The translations under genes were made by a program, and so were the position numbers. Source: Lingula anatina (lineage: Eukaryota; Animalia; Brachiopoda). Taken from it: a DNA stretch of 64,000 nt. Shown here piece after piece: positions 1 to 13,700 of the stretch (position 1 is its first letter; each line of letters starts with the position of its first letter). Location of the stretch: NCBI GenBank assembly GCA_051362555.1, contig CM120649.1, forward strand, positions 7,130,001 to 7,194,000, given 5' to 3'. A model generated the notes under the pieces. The model did no database searches and was not told the DNA's origin. It worked only from the letters and a program-made list of their open reading frames with translations.

Positions 1-272
1 CCGAGGGGTTTCTTGCTAAATTATGGTCAGCTTAAGCGACTCTGATATCTGGCACGCCTACTTTTTTTTTTTTTTTTTTTTTTTGTGAAACTTGGGCTGG
101 GTCTAATGAAATTCTTGGGTTGTAAATACATTTTTCTTGTAGAAATGGACTCTTGGGGGGTGCAGCATATGTATAGCTTTATGCCAAAAAAAAAAAAACT
201 ATTTTGCTGTGCTCCTTTTAAATATTCAACAAAGCACTCTTTTCTAGTAACAGGTATTTCTCCTTGTTTCAG

Positions 273-1071
273 GCTCTCCTCTTCCTCATTGCACTGGACA
301 CTATAGGGATTCTACGAGGTTGGAAACTTTTTGACCATGCTTGTCACCTAGGTGGTGTTTTATTTGGACTGTAAGTATTTATGGACTTGACAACTCATAA
401 AATAAAGAAGTTAAAGCCTTATCTTTTACTGCATTGTATTATTTTGTAATTTTATATATTGTGCTTTGTTTTGCGGTTGTTGTTTTCTGTAGTAAGTGAT
501 TGTATGTTGTGAAATTCTAAGTTTTCAGATTTTTTTTAACTTTGTGACTGTTGTTTTCTGTTGCCTGTATGTTATTTGCTTTTCTGTCAAAAAAAAAAAT
601 GCTCCTTCAAATGATATTCTCCATGTACTGTTTATTAGACAATACTATTAATTGAAACTATTAATTAAGTTCCTTTTTTTACAGTTATGATAAAGTCTTT
701 TAGTCAGTTAAAGTCTTTTTATTTTGTCATGGAATTTGCATTTCGATTACCATAAATTCAAGAACTGTAGATCACTTTAACCTGACTTTTGAAGAAGTAG
801 CAAACTAATTTTTTTCACCAAAAATTAAGAAAAATGTGCATGGAATTTAAATTTTAGAATTTTAAAAGAAACGAGGCATCTGCATATAAAGAAAAGTAAG
901 GGTGGCAGTCACTGCATACATTGTTGTTATTATTATTACTATTATAATTGTTATTATTATCTTTTCAGCTGGTATGCCAATTATGGACGCAAATATTTAT
1001 GGAAAGACCCAGAAGCTACTGTGATGAAATTTTGGCATAAAATCAGACATGGAAGCAGAAAAGAAAAATAG
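273..1071 (+). CDS. PARL: Mitochondrial rhomboid protease PARL, last two coding exons (5' part lies outside the window)
   Basis: Exons 273-370 and 969-1071 have AG/GT boundaries and compatible phase 2. They translate to ALLFLIALDTIGILRGWKLFDHACHLGGVLFGL-WYANYGRKYLWKDPEATVMKFWHKIRHGSRKEK*. This matches the PARL C-terminus, including the catalytic His motif DHxxHLGG. Not in the ORF track. Confidence 0.92.
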
Positions 1072-2047
1072 AACTGTGCAAATATTGAGACTGATAGGCA
1101 AATTATTTCATGATTTTTTTTTATTTTGCAAAAATATCACAGATAAAGTATTATAGTACTTTTGACAGCAGTTTTTATACATTAATGATAATGTGATATT
1201 GGACACATTTATTATCTATTAATTATAGTAAAGCAGTATGTTACAGTATGTTAAAAAAAATAAAACATACATAAAATAAACATACATAAAATAAACATAA
1301 ACTGTATTCTGTACAGTTGCTCTTATGTAACAGTATATGTTGCTGTTATAAATTTCACCAGTTGTCTAATTTTTTTCAAAACTGAAAAATTTCCAAAGGA
1401 ATAGTTTAAGTGATTTGAATGTCAGGTTAACTGTAAAATTATATCTACTCTTACATTTTTTTTTTACAAATTTAGCAAATCCTTTTATTAAGATGCCCAT
1501 TTGTATGTTTTACTGTTTCTACAGATAAAGGCAAATTTCCCTACTATACTGACTCAGTAGTGATTTTTCTTTTCTGCTTAAATAGATTTATTACATATGA
1601 TGTAAAGAAAAAATATATTTCGTACAAGTTGTTGATTCTTGTACACTCAACCAAAAATAATTTTAAAAAACTATATAATGTAGCGGGAAAATATTCCGTG
1701 TATATAAAAAAGCAATGAATGTTACCATGGTGCATTATCCATCAAAACTTGGTTAAAAATTTAACTTTATGATTATTTAAAGTTTATTAGAATAACAGTG
1801 TTTCCGAACTTTTTTGTCCATTGTAGGATGAGGTATTTTTCACATGTGAAAATTAACATCACAGGCATCTATCACAGGGATCTATCAGTTTTGAGATTGC
1901 ATGAATTTTTAATTTGAATTTATATTGTAATTTGAAAATAACCTGCCCACCAAGGAAATGGTAAAATAAAAAGGAGGGTAGGTGGCCTGTACAAATTATC
2001 CCACGACTTCAAGACAGCTACTCTATGCTGCAGAACCTGCTGCGACG

Positions 2048-5000
2048 TTAAATCATAAACAAACCAAAATTAGTTGATCTATAATTCCTCTCAGAAAAAT
2101 ATAAACTCGCTATGTTATTGAGGCTAACATACACCTCGTCATTCTCCCTAAGGTCAAAAGTTCCGCTCAAAAACGAGGTCTGTACGTCGTAGCGCAGCGC
2201 CGAAGACCACCTATTTATACGGACCGCCCTCAAAAGCTCTCTTAGGGCTGAGCTTGCCGACTTCTTATGCACAGAGTGTATCAAAGGCGGATCATTTGAC
2301 GCTTTAAATAACACGCTTGCCCTGGTATATAAAAAGTATTTACCGGTGTGTTTAATGCGTATGTGTCCCGTGCTTGGAATGAAGGCGACGTTAAACAAGT
2401 GCGCGGCAGCATCGTTATACAGCCAGTGCTTCATGGTTTTGCTAGTACTTCCTAGAAAACGAAACTTCATTATTGATTATTTGTCGCGACAATTTCACTC
2501 CTCAAATTCACACATTTCAGAAAAGAAAAATAGCACTTAGATTGATATAGGTACACGAGATTACTTGGATAGTGGATGTATTCATTTACTTAATTGATCA
2601 ATAAGAAATATAAGACAATTTTATAGTCTGCTAAAAAAATGAATAAACGACTAAAAGGACGAGAACGACCACCCCAAAATATCATCCTATGTTACAACCC
2701 TTCCCTACAATCAGTTATTTTTATATTCTTTAAGAGAGACGGGAAGAGGAAGAAAAAAACCTTACATTTACGTCCTTGAACCTATTTTATGACAGAAGTT
2801 TCAAAAAAGTTTTACGTGTGTGTGTTGGAGGAGGGGAGGGGGGAGAGAAGATACTGTATTCCGGGTCATTAATTTAAGCCTAGATTACATTTGAAATGCG
2901 ATGCCCGTACGGTGCACGTATACTGCCAGTCATAGCAATTTCGTACGGCTTCTGAGCGGAGGTACACGCTGGCCTTGCGAAATCGCACGGAATCGTACGG
3001 ATTTAAGGCCATGTAATGTAGATATACTCGGCTTAGCCCTTAGCACCTTACGATTTCAAAAAAAAAAAAAAAAATTCGGACAATTTCATCGCACAGCGCT
3101 TGCGTAAATGTAATCTAGTCTTTACAGTAGGCCTACCTTCCGCGGCAAGATCCACCGTCGGGTTAAGGATTAAATGAGCTGACGATTTTAAAGTATTGGA
3201 CGATGGTGGCTGACGAAAAGAACGGTCTGAAATGGAATTTATGCACGATATGAACAAGAGAATTGGTATGACACTTTCTTGACGTGGAGAAAAATTTCTT
3301 GGAGCAATATTTAAAGCGTATAACAAAAGGACTTTGAATGTTTTTTCGCGTAACATTACGTAAACACTATAAGGGGTACCGTTAGAGTTGAGGGAGCGGG
3401 TGCTAAATATGAATTGTGCCTAAAATGTAACAAATACATTAAATAATTATTAGCACTCCCTTGTCTTAAAGAGAGAGAGAGAGAAAAACGAAATGTTTTT
3501 GTTTTAAACATGTCTCGTTTGCCAAAGTTACTTATAATTAAATAGTTTTTTTTGCCTCTCGTGCAATGACCTTAATCTCTTGGCGCTCACATCAACGAGT
3601 CAGTCACTTGGTCAAGGCCCTTTTATAAAAGGTGGAAATGACTTTCATGGGTGGAAAAAACGATTTAACTCAAACATTTTGCGTTAAAACCAGCTCCAAA
3701 GTTGGTTTTTAACGCACTAGTGGTCCCCTCACCTTCTTCAGCTTGTTGTATTTTCACATCCACATACTGAAAAGGAAAAAAGAAAATTGTGTTATTCATG
3801 GGAACGGGTGCATGAAAATATACCATACATGACCAGGGGTTGATAAATAATACGTTGTCAAATGTCTCAAGTAATCCTAATTCTTTGAAAGGTAGAAAGA
3901 TACCCGAAGGTTAGTTTTTTTGTTTGTGGTTGCAAAAGAAAACACATTTGATGCTAAGAAAAACATCATACGATGCACTCACACAAAGGTAGTCCCTTTT
4001 TGGTGTCTCTGCAAATTATACACCCCTAGACTTTCACAGATATCACAAAATCAGGAGGACGGTAGTTTGAATAAGCAGAAGTTGCAGTCAGTGAGCTTCT
4101 TCAAAAATTTCCTGACGGGGGCTTTGTTTACCCTGGGTTGATCAGTTGCTTTTATTAAGTTAACTCCTCCCGTGGTATCATGTTCAAATACATGATAAGT
4201 TTTAGTTAGTGTGCTTCTTCAAAAACTTCCTGAACGGGGGCTCTGTTTACCTTGAGTTGATCAGTTGCTTTTATTAAGTTAACTCCTCCCGTGGTATCAT
4301 GTTCAAATACATGATAAGCAATTATCTGTTTTAACAGAAGATGACTTTTTTAACCCCCGTATGCGTGTGTCTTAATCAAAGTGCCAAAATAGAAAAAAAA
4401 AACTGTAACCTACACATCTATATATATTGTTGACTGTTTTCTGAGCAATAAGGGTCGTTTAATTCGCACCAGGTATTCCTTTTGCTTTCAGCAATAAAAC
4501 TGTTAGTGGCGTCTAAATTTTATATTTTAATGACAAAACTCTGAATGTACGAATTGTTATTCTGTTCCTTGTATAATATACTAACTGTCGTAACTATTTA
4601 AACCAGGCTTGTTTCTGAAATAGCACATGCCTAGACAGCACACTTAAGGGGTGACAAATTAAAATACTGAAGTATTACAGCCCTCATTTCCCTGATTAAG
4701 TCTGACTGTCAGCAGACATTATATTGGCTGATAAATATCGGTGAATGTTTTATAGCTATTGACAAAAGAAACTATCACCGATACTCCCCCGCACCGATAC
4801 TCCCTCGCACTGGTACATCCCTGCACCAATACTTCCCTGCACCGACATTCCCCCACAATTACAGATATACTGAGGGGAAGTATCGGTGCAGGGATGTACC
4901 GGTGCGGCGATCTATCGGTGTGGGGTCGAATCGATGCGCATAATACAAAAAAATTATTAAGGGGGATAATCGGCGCGGGGGAGTATCGGTGTGGGGGAGT

Positions 5001-5829
5001 ATCGACATGGCATATTTTGTCATTATGAACCCCGCCCCCAGCCCTACCCCCCCCCCCCCCCCAATGCAGGGGTATGAATTTTAGTATTTTTTTCTTTCAG
5101 CTTACAGTGGTTTGAATATGTTAAACATTTTGTCATATGTAAATCACATTTTGCTGATTGTTCACAAGATATATCCCCTATGCCCTTTCACAAACTTCAT
5201 TTCAATTTCATTAAAGTGCAGTCTGTTTGGCGTTTATCTGATATTTCTTGCGGAATTTGTAAGCTCACCCATTGCAGGAGTTTATGAAACTGCGTCTGGT
5301 TTCGGGCGCAGCAGAGGTCGGGGTTCTTTTCCATTCTAAGTTCTTCGACCGATACGTCTTGGGAGAGGTCAGCGCATGGTATGCAGAGCGAGGAAAGGGT
5401 GTCGTCTGCTACGCCAGCTTGCTCGGCGTTGACGCTGTGCTCTGCCGTGTTGACGTAGGGATGAAAGGAATGCACCCCTACAGCAACCACCGCGCTAATA
5501 AGTAGGCAGGTTATAACCACAAACACTATGACCAATTTCCTGATACACAGTCTCAATTTTTTCACGTCTCCTTGCAATTTTTCTAAGTCTTTATCGGGGT
5601 TCTTTTTATTTTCTCTTCCTGGTGCAGCGATCGGGGTCACGGAGCGGACGGATTCACCGCCAGTGCTCAGTTGACTAACGCCGCTGTCACTGCTACGTTG
5701 TCGGGAATATGACGCTTGGTCACTTTCGTTTTCTCTGATTCTCGTGGAGACCCCGGGCACTTGACCGCTGTCACTGGTCACATAGATTAAGATTCCGTTG
5801 CTATGGTTGTCGATCGCAGGATGAGACAT
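2048..5829 (-). CDS. TNF superfamily ligand, copy 1 (type II membrane protein, TRAIL-like), ~362 aa
   Basis: Exons 5829-5269, 3766-3733, 3226-3137, 2451-2048, all GT-AG and phase compatible (0,1,1). TM segment LVIVFVVITCLLISAVVAVGV; THD strand A SAHL; TGKYFLY; C-terminal TNFGLFMI. Confidence 0.9.
2878..3120. mobile_element. Short MITE-like element in TNF copy 1 intron 3
   Basis: Inverted termini ctagattacattt / aaatgtaatctag about 240 bp apart, with TAA on the left and TTTA on the right. No coding capacity. Confidence 0.5.
4085..4319. repeat. Tandem duplication, 2 x ~118 bp
   Basis: The block gcttcttcaaaaa...ttgatcagttgcttttattaagttaactcctcccgtggtatcatgttcaaatacatgataag occurs twice in direct orientation. 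Confidence 0.85.
4776..5010. repeat. Foldback element built from ~16-bp units (gcaccgatactcccc) in two inverted arms
   Basis: The left arm has ~5 units of caccgatactccc; the right arm has reverse-complement units gggagtatcggtg. Confidence 0.75.
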
Positions 5830-6245
5830 CTTAGAAGTGCGTCTCGAAGTATATCAGGGAGGCATTTTTCAGGCCGAGGTGACGATTTTCCCCTCTATAA
5901 CAATGTAGAAATAACATAAAACTGCCTTTCCTACTTGGAATAAGAGTGAGAAATGACTGATATGAGTTTTAGCGCTAACGCTTTTGCTTTTATTTAACAG
6001 CGGTCATAAAACCATTGCACATTTTCTTCCAGTGTTATTTTAAGTTTTTTGCCTCCTTCGACGGAGAAAAATGAGAGCAAACAAAATCGATACTGAATGG
6101 ATCTTCTATAAATGAACAGGTCTGACCCGTGGTCAGTTAATTACAATTTTTTCGCTCTCTGCACTGATGAAATCAAATGTTTCTCTTTCAAATGAAAACC
6201 TGGTAGCATAAAACACCAACCATAACACGCGCCAAGTGCACTTAC

Positions 6246-6500
6246 CGACAGATCCGTTTAAGAAAAAATAAAGAGTCGACCAAGTGAGCCGTTTTCCCGC
6301 TCCTTTCACCACCGCCAGATGCGCAGCGCATCGGACCCTGGGGCGCTACAGTAGAAATACGTCCACCCCGGGGTTTTTACTGCACGCCTGAACTGTAGCT
6401 CGCTCTAGGCCACAGGTTTAACTGCCCTGGCTCGCGACGGTTGTTATTATTATGACACGCCACAAAGCGTGTGCTCGATGTCACTATATAAATAACCCCG
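6246..6500 (-). promoter_or_regulatory. Putative non-coding first exon and TATA-like box of TNF copy 1
   Basis: Minus-strand donor GTAAG at 6245-6241, GC-richer sequence above it, TATTTATATA at ~6495-6486, and an acceptor near 5895 upstream of the ATG. Inference only. Confidence 0.4.
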
Positions 6501-7002
6501 TACCTGGAACTTTGTCGTGTGGTTCCCCAAGATATCCAAGAAAAGCAACTTGTGCGCATGTCCAGCGGGAGATTTGGTTTCGTTTTTAAAACCAAAAGAG
6601 TAGCTACGTTGAAGTAAATATGCTTTTCGTTGAGAGACACAAAGTGTTTGTCGTATCTTTACGATATCTGAAAGCTAACATAAATGATCCAAATACAAAC
6701 AGATAAATAAAGAAAGAAAAGTAATATAACATTAATAATAAAGTTTTTCTTTGCAGACGTCGCGTCCGCAAAAAAAAAGTATAGGCTTAAGCTACAGAAT
6801 AGATTTCTGATATAAAGTTTCCCCGTACCTTTTAATTAAATTGACTTCGCTTTTCCAGTCAATCTATGTATATACTGTATATAAAATAAAATAAAAATAA
6901 ATAAAAAAATAAAAAAGCATGGTTTCGCCATATATTGTGAGCTAATGTTTAAACCTTTCTTGGAACGGTTAAATATATACCTTCTTCCTGGAAGAATGGG
7001 AT

Positions 7003-8045
7003 AATCGATCACATGTACGTTGGTTCTATCAATAGATTACACTTTTATGGGTGCTGCTCAGCGGAGGTTTTGACAGTGACACGACAGCCATTTAAACACC
7101 GATCCATGTCCTCTTTCGCTTACAAATTCTAAATGAATTTTCACTTCCTTGTGGCACACAAAAAAGTAGCTATAAGAATATTATGGTAATGGTGAATTTC
7201 TTAAGTATACAACATGAAAAACATTACGGTAACAAGTACTTTATTCATAAATGAGTTGTACATTTTTGATTTTCGCACGGATGGCCGGATAAGATGCTAT
7301 TGTTAACATTGTCTCTTTTGGAGTTTTAAACTCAAAGCCGTATTTTGTGTTCATTAGCCTATCTTTTGCATAGCTAATGGATAATAATTGATAGATGTCT
7401 ATGTTCAAGAACAAAACTATTCTTTGTTTGTAATAGAAAATAATGTATTCTAGTATTCAAAATGTCGCCAACAGAAGTTTGAACATTGACTATATTGTAT
7501 AAAGACTACTGATCATCAAACCAACATTAAAGAAGTCATTTGACTTCTATTAACACGTAAAATCGATCACATGCACTGTGGTTTTATCAATAGACTAAGT
7601 TTTAATTGGTGCTGCTCAGCTGAGGTTTTGACAGTGACACGAGAGCGATTTAAATACCGATCTCTGAGTTTCCTCTTTCGCTTACCCATTCTTAATGAAT
7701 TTTCACATCCTCGTGGAGCAAAGAAAGAAAGAAAGAAAGAAAAAGTAGCCATAAGAATACTATGGTTATGATGGTTTTTTTTATGCACACGCAAAGATAA
7801 AAAACATTACGGCAGCAAGTCCTGTGTTAATATATAAGTTATCTTATTTTGGTTTTTGCACGAATAAAGAAAGCACGCTATTGTTGTTCCTTTCGGAGTT
7901 TGAAACTCTTTTGCATATGAAAGAAAATAATTAAGGCACTCTAGTTTTCACAATCTCACAAACAGAAGTTTGAACATTGAATATACTGTATACAGATTAT
8001 TGATCATAAAAAAAAAAAAACATTGAAGAGGTCATGAAAAGGTGA
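7003..8045. repeat. Diverged tandem duplication, 2 x ~500-550 bp, upstream of TNF copy 1
   Basis: Units start aatcgatcacatg at ~7003 and ~7561 and share ggtgctgctcagc.gaggttttgacagtgacacga and aacagaagtttgaacattga. Confidence 0.8.
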
Positions 8046-8049
8046 ATTC

Positions 8050-8087
<38 letters not shown>

Positions 8088-8638
8088 GATTCCATGCTGG
8101 GCGAATAAAACCATTAAAACAAGTGAATATTTTCTTGCATAAGTAAATTTATTAATTTTTTTTCTCTATAACGAATATATATTTTAAGTTATCATAAGGT
8201 GAGGACATAATGCGTATAGCAAATTGCAATCTTCACATATGTACACCATATATATATATATCATTAATTACAATAATAAATGTAAGTAACCTGCAGATTA
8301 TGTTACAAAGTTTATACTTACGACTGTACAGAAAATCCTCTTACATTTCCCGTCACGTGGTATGTGACGTGATGACGTCGAACTTTGCTTTAAATTGTAT
8401 TTGTAATAGAAGGAATAGATATACAGGAAATAACCATCATGATAGGACCTACTGATGACTGATTAAATTTGAAATAAAAAAGTCAAAAGCAGAAAATTCA
8501 TTGATTGCGGTATGGTTTTTAAACATTAAAATGGCTTTTATGTGCCAAAAATTGCATGGATACATTAAATGGTATCAAATGTGTTTTTAATTTTCGAATA
8601 ATAAATGAGATAACTCTATTTTACCTGTTACATTGTTA

Positions 8639-9639
8639 AAACTAGAGCATCAGAGAGGCTATACCGCCTCCGGGTATTGTACCACCAGCTAGAGTAAGGG
8701 CATTTGTATGAAAAGCAAAGAAAGGGACACCACGTTCAGTGTTGTGCTTGACAAGCTCTATAAAATGCAGTAAACCAGACTTCTCAATTTTTTGGTAGAA
8801 AATTACAACCATAACAAAAGCGTGGGGAGAAGTAAACGGTCAAACCCAAGGTTGCAGTTAGATTGAGAATTTAGGACTACCCATCCAAGTTCAATAGTAG
8901 ACACAAGAGCTTGGAAATTTGCGGAGTGCGATTCATTGTGAAAAGTATTTCAAATGTCAATTTCAGGGCAATTGAACTTTTAAAAAAGGAAGTCATACTC
9001 GCCTACTCGCAATCTAACCGTGACCTTGAAATTCACCTTTGACCTACTTTTCGAGATAAACTGAACTTTGCAAATTTGCAAATTTCATTTTATTTTCTCC
9101 GCTGACTATTACGACGTTGTACTTTTTGATATAGCGCAACTCTTACCCCGGTAAACCGCATGGAAAACAAAAATCGGACACTATTTTTAGTATTGTGCTT
9201 GATAAGTTATACAAAATGCAACAAACAAGAGGTTCTACATGTGGCATTTACGGTTCCAGGATTAGAGAGAGTTTTCAGTTTCAGCATTTAATGGCTGCTT
9301 CTCCTGTGACCCCAAACTCACGAAGATGAAAGATGACCTTAAGCGTAACACCTTCCCATAATATTATAAGTTAGGTCTGTGTAGTTCCTGAAAATCGGTG
9401 CAAATAAATTTTTTGCCAAAAATTCATATTTTTAGAAAATTTGGCTCGTTTGACCTTGCCCAAAATTTACGTGGATTGAGTTGAGATTATGACCTAAATC
9501 CAAGAAATAGGTACGCAGGTCCTTGTAGTCTAGGAGGAGAAGCGGTAACAGTGTCAAGCCGGTGGATGCGGCGGATTCGGCGGACGAGAAGGGTCGGTAC
9601 TAAAACCACGGTTACCGCCAGCGCCTACGCTGGTGGTAC

Positions 9640-9643
<4 letters not shown>
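8639..9643 (-). mobile_element. HINE/DINE-like non-autonomous Helentron
   Basis: Subterminal inverted repeats tattgtaccaccagc (8675-8689) and gctggtggtacaata (9629-9643). Adjacent hairpin at 9613-9638, (gcgg/gcggat)n microsatellite near 9568, terminal stem-loop gaggc-tatacc-gcctc (8655-8670), and CTAGTT 3' end. Confidence 0.7.
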
Positions 9644-9682
<39 letters not shown>

Positions 9683-9759
9683 TGTCATTGAGCAGTGTGA
9701 AAGACGAGTGCACTAATAAAAATCAAGAGGTTTTTGAGTATATATCACAGTTGGCCTTG

Positions 9760-9815
<56 letters not shown>

Positions 9816-10277
9816 CTACACAGGGGATAGCGATTCTTGGTTACATTCATATTCACTCAATACTTATATACACTTTTGATCTTTACACATTCAGATTGGC
9901 AGTGAAGTTCATTTTGATTAGATTTCATCTCAATCTTAATTCGTCTCTGAACCCCTCTTATAATGGGAATTCTTATGATCAAAAATATTGTACAATGAAA
10001 ATCTACAAAAGATCCAAACACAATATCCAAAAGAAAAAGGAAAAAAATGAAGGACGAATTTTCTTTCCTTTTAGCTATTGGGTTTAACAAATGTTTAAAC
10101 ATTTGGAAAGGCGCTCTTTAATACAAAAGCCCATCTGCAAGCAAAGAAACGACCCTCACAATTTAAAGTCTTAAAAATTTACAGGGAGTAAACCTTTTAT
10201 GGTAAAAAGAAATATATCCGTTATTATGATGTAGTCATAACTCTTTTTTGCAAACCATTTGTGAAACAACTTGAAAT

Positions 10278-10717
10278 TTACAACATGTACAAACCAAAAT
10301 ACGTGGACTTAAAGTCGTTTATTTTCACCTTACTGAGGTCAGAAACTTTGACATACACCTCATCTCCCGCCCTCAGGTAAATCACCCCTCCTAGATAATT
10401 CGACTTGACCTCGAACGTTTTCTCCGTGGACCAACAGTTCGACTTCCGTCCTGTCATCATCTCTTCCTCTGCAGCGCGGCGGATGTTATTTCGGTAAATG
10501 GAGTGGACCACCGTTTCCCCACGTGGTTTTTGGGCGGAAGTGACGTCACTGGGCTGGTAGGTGAATAAGAACAAAGCCTGGCTGTAGATGAAGTACCGTC
10601 CTTCTTCTTTGATGACGAAACTGCCGGAATGTGAATGGAAGTCGACGCCGCTGAGGTAGCCAAGGCTGCCTTTGGCCCAGTTAGTGATGGTATACATTCC
10701 GTCCTGCCCTGTGAATG

Positions 10718-10763
<46 letters not shown>

Positions 10764-13700
10764 CATCATCATCATCATCATGATCACGTCCATCGATACT
10801 AAAACTGATAATTTCTAAATCATGAACTCAGACACGCCCTTTAAATATGCATACGTACTTTGGGTGTGAATATATATTAACAAAATATCTGATAGATGAT
10901 AGATAGGGGCTTACGGTACATGTGTATCAGTGATTCCAAGATTTAAATCGTGACACAAGGCTTTTAAACATTCATACACACACTGGACAAAAGAAGTGTC
11001 ACCCCCTAACTCAGAGTAATGAAAGTATGCAGATCTTGGGTACTTATAATGCCTGGTCTACTTATAATGTGACTGAGTATAAAACCGCTGTACCATGGAA
11101 TTGTATTGTTGGTCTTGTACATGTACAGCAAATGTTATTCCTGTCTTCCTCCAGTATGGCAAGATACAGGTAATTATCTAACGGTTATAAGTGCAAGTTA
11201 TTAACCTGAAGAGGCGGAATATAAGCAATGTCAGAATATCGATACAAATGAAATTGTTCAGTCAGAACCGTGCAGAGGGTCTGGTCTCGGTATAGAAACA
11301 CTGGATCAAGAGACAAATTGCCTCTGATGGGTCATCCAAGAAAAAAACAGGCCGTGAAGACCGACGACTGATTTTGATGTCCAGGTTGTCAAAGTTCGAC
11401 ACTGCTTGTCAGTTGACAACACAGTGGAACAATTTCACACATAAGAATGTGTCTGTGAAAATTGCTAGGCGTCGGTTACATGCTCAGAGAGTGTACAGCA
11501 GGGTAGCAAGACTGAAACCTCTTATATCGTTACAAAACAGGCAACGTAGAGTAAACTAGGGTCAACAGGATCTGGAACTGGACAGTTCATGACAATTGGT
11601 CCTATATATTTTTTCTGATGAGTGTCGCTTTGGTCTGACCTCTGATGACAGACGGGTACTACGCTGGCAAACTGCTGGTAAAGCATTTGAACCACATGCA
11701 CTGAATTTTCGAACCCGGAGCAGCATATTCATCATGGTGTGGGGCTGCATCAGCATCCATGGCTTGGGCGAATTGATAGTGGTTAATGGAAACATGAATC
11801 ACTAGAAATATATCGATGTTTTGGAGTCAGGCTTGCTACCATCTATTACTAACATGTTTGGTGAAAGGATTTATCCATCTGTTCACAAGGATGACAATGC
11901 TCCTTGTCACAGGCCCAGAGCAGTTGATGATTGGTTTGACCAACAGGACATTCGCAGGATGATGTGGCCTGCCCAGCGTCCGGATACAAACATAATAGAA
12001 AATGTGTGGAATGATATGTCAAAACTTTTTACAAATGCCCGTCTAACCAGCAGATAAACTCTGTTATATTCAGTGTTTCATGCTTGGGCCAGCATAAGCC
12101 CTGAACGCATCAGACAATTAAATTAATCCTTGCTTCGTAGACTGGCACCTATTATTAGGTCACGTGGCTATGTCACTAAGTACTAATTTTGGACTTGAAA
12201 CTACATATTTTGGTAGAATGTATATTTTGTTCTCATTTTGTGATTTTTTGTGAAATTTGATGTTAATAAAATGATACCAGGAGCATATCATTCCACAGTC
12301 ATTTATCTCCCCCATAGTATTGGCTCAGTAGGGGTGACACTTCTTTTGTCCAGTGTGTGTACTTTGGGCCTTAATAGATATTACCAATGTGCCAGTCAGA
12401 TGACAGACATTTAGGGATCCGATACAATGAAGTCAATACAGATTAGGACCGCACGTCTATTTTCACGCCGTTACCACGTGCTTACCTCGAAAACCGCGCG
12501 GTGTACTATTACCCCCGCGATAAAGCAGATGGGCAGACGGCTTATCTGACGTCATTGGTGAGGTGCCATTTGGGTGAGTGTGCAATGTGCCTAACAACGA
12601 CAAAGAAGATAATTATCAATCGTGTACAATGGATTGATATGTTCGATTGATGATTTATCGAAATATCTTTCTAAAACGAGAACGAAATGAGATTCTATTT
12701 GTACCAATATATTGTTTCAGGCAAGTACAATGGCTGATTGTTTTATAGCCTATCTTTGTTAATCAAGCTCTTCAACATGGAGGGGTATGAGTAGCCTTTT
12801 TAATCGGTAAGTGTAAGTATTAAAACAAAAACTGTTGCTTGAAAACATGAATAAAAAACATGGAAAACATACCCTCGGATCGGATGAGTCGGAGCTTTCG
12901 TTCCACATACTGAAAAAGTAATAAAATCCTTTGTCAGACATACAAAAAGTTATCAGTAAAAGAGCCAAAATATAGACCGGCATTTCAGTCGACTTTCCAT
13001 GGTCATCTGAAATTTAAAGGAAAAGGATGGAGGAAACTATTGGAGGGTAGTATTAATCAGTAATAATGCTATGGTTGAGTGACACAGGGATTCAGTATTG
13101 TTTTAAAATTCCTCATTTTCTCTAACGCCATCTGATCGCGCGAGCAGAAAGCATCGGAGTACAGGGGGTTATTTAAAAAGAGAGAGAGAGAGAAACTGCT
13201 TTGAAACATTGGCTTGGGTGCCGTAGTACTTGCAATGACCGTGAATACTGTAATGGGATCTGCTGTCTGTGTGTTTAATAATGGTGCGAAATCAAATCAG
13301 ACAAAAAATAATGTTGTTATTTTATCCGTCAACGCTTGCTTAAAGATGCGAAGTGTAAGGATTGTCTTCCTATACGATTTTTTTATGGGTAAACCATATT
13401 TTCCCTGGTACTAGCCATGACTCTGTAGCAAAATCCCTCAAACCACGCTTCAGCTTGTGGTTTTCAACTCCCGCCATAATGACTTCCGGGTTGTAGGCAA
13501 TCCTAAACTGTGTCAAGTTTAGATCATTGTTAAAATGAAACAAAAGGACGACTTCGCCCCAGATAAGTTCAACAAGACGTGGTTTGTGTAATAAATGTTT
13601 GTTTAAAATCTTAAACTTTGTCCCTTAAATACAATTCGGAGTAATTTATGTCGATCTTGTCATCCATATCAATGATGCAACAACGGATTTTAGATTAGCA

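Noticed and set aside
10709-10793. ORF-track N-terminus MDVIMMMMMMIIII... on the TNF copy 2 last exon
   Set aside because: It is a translated intronic (ATT)n/(ATG)n microsatellite. The exon starts at the acceptor at 10708.
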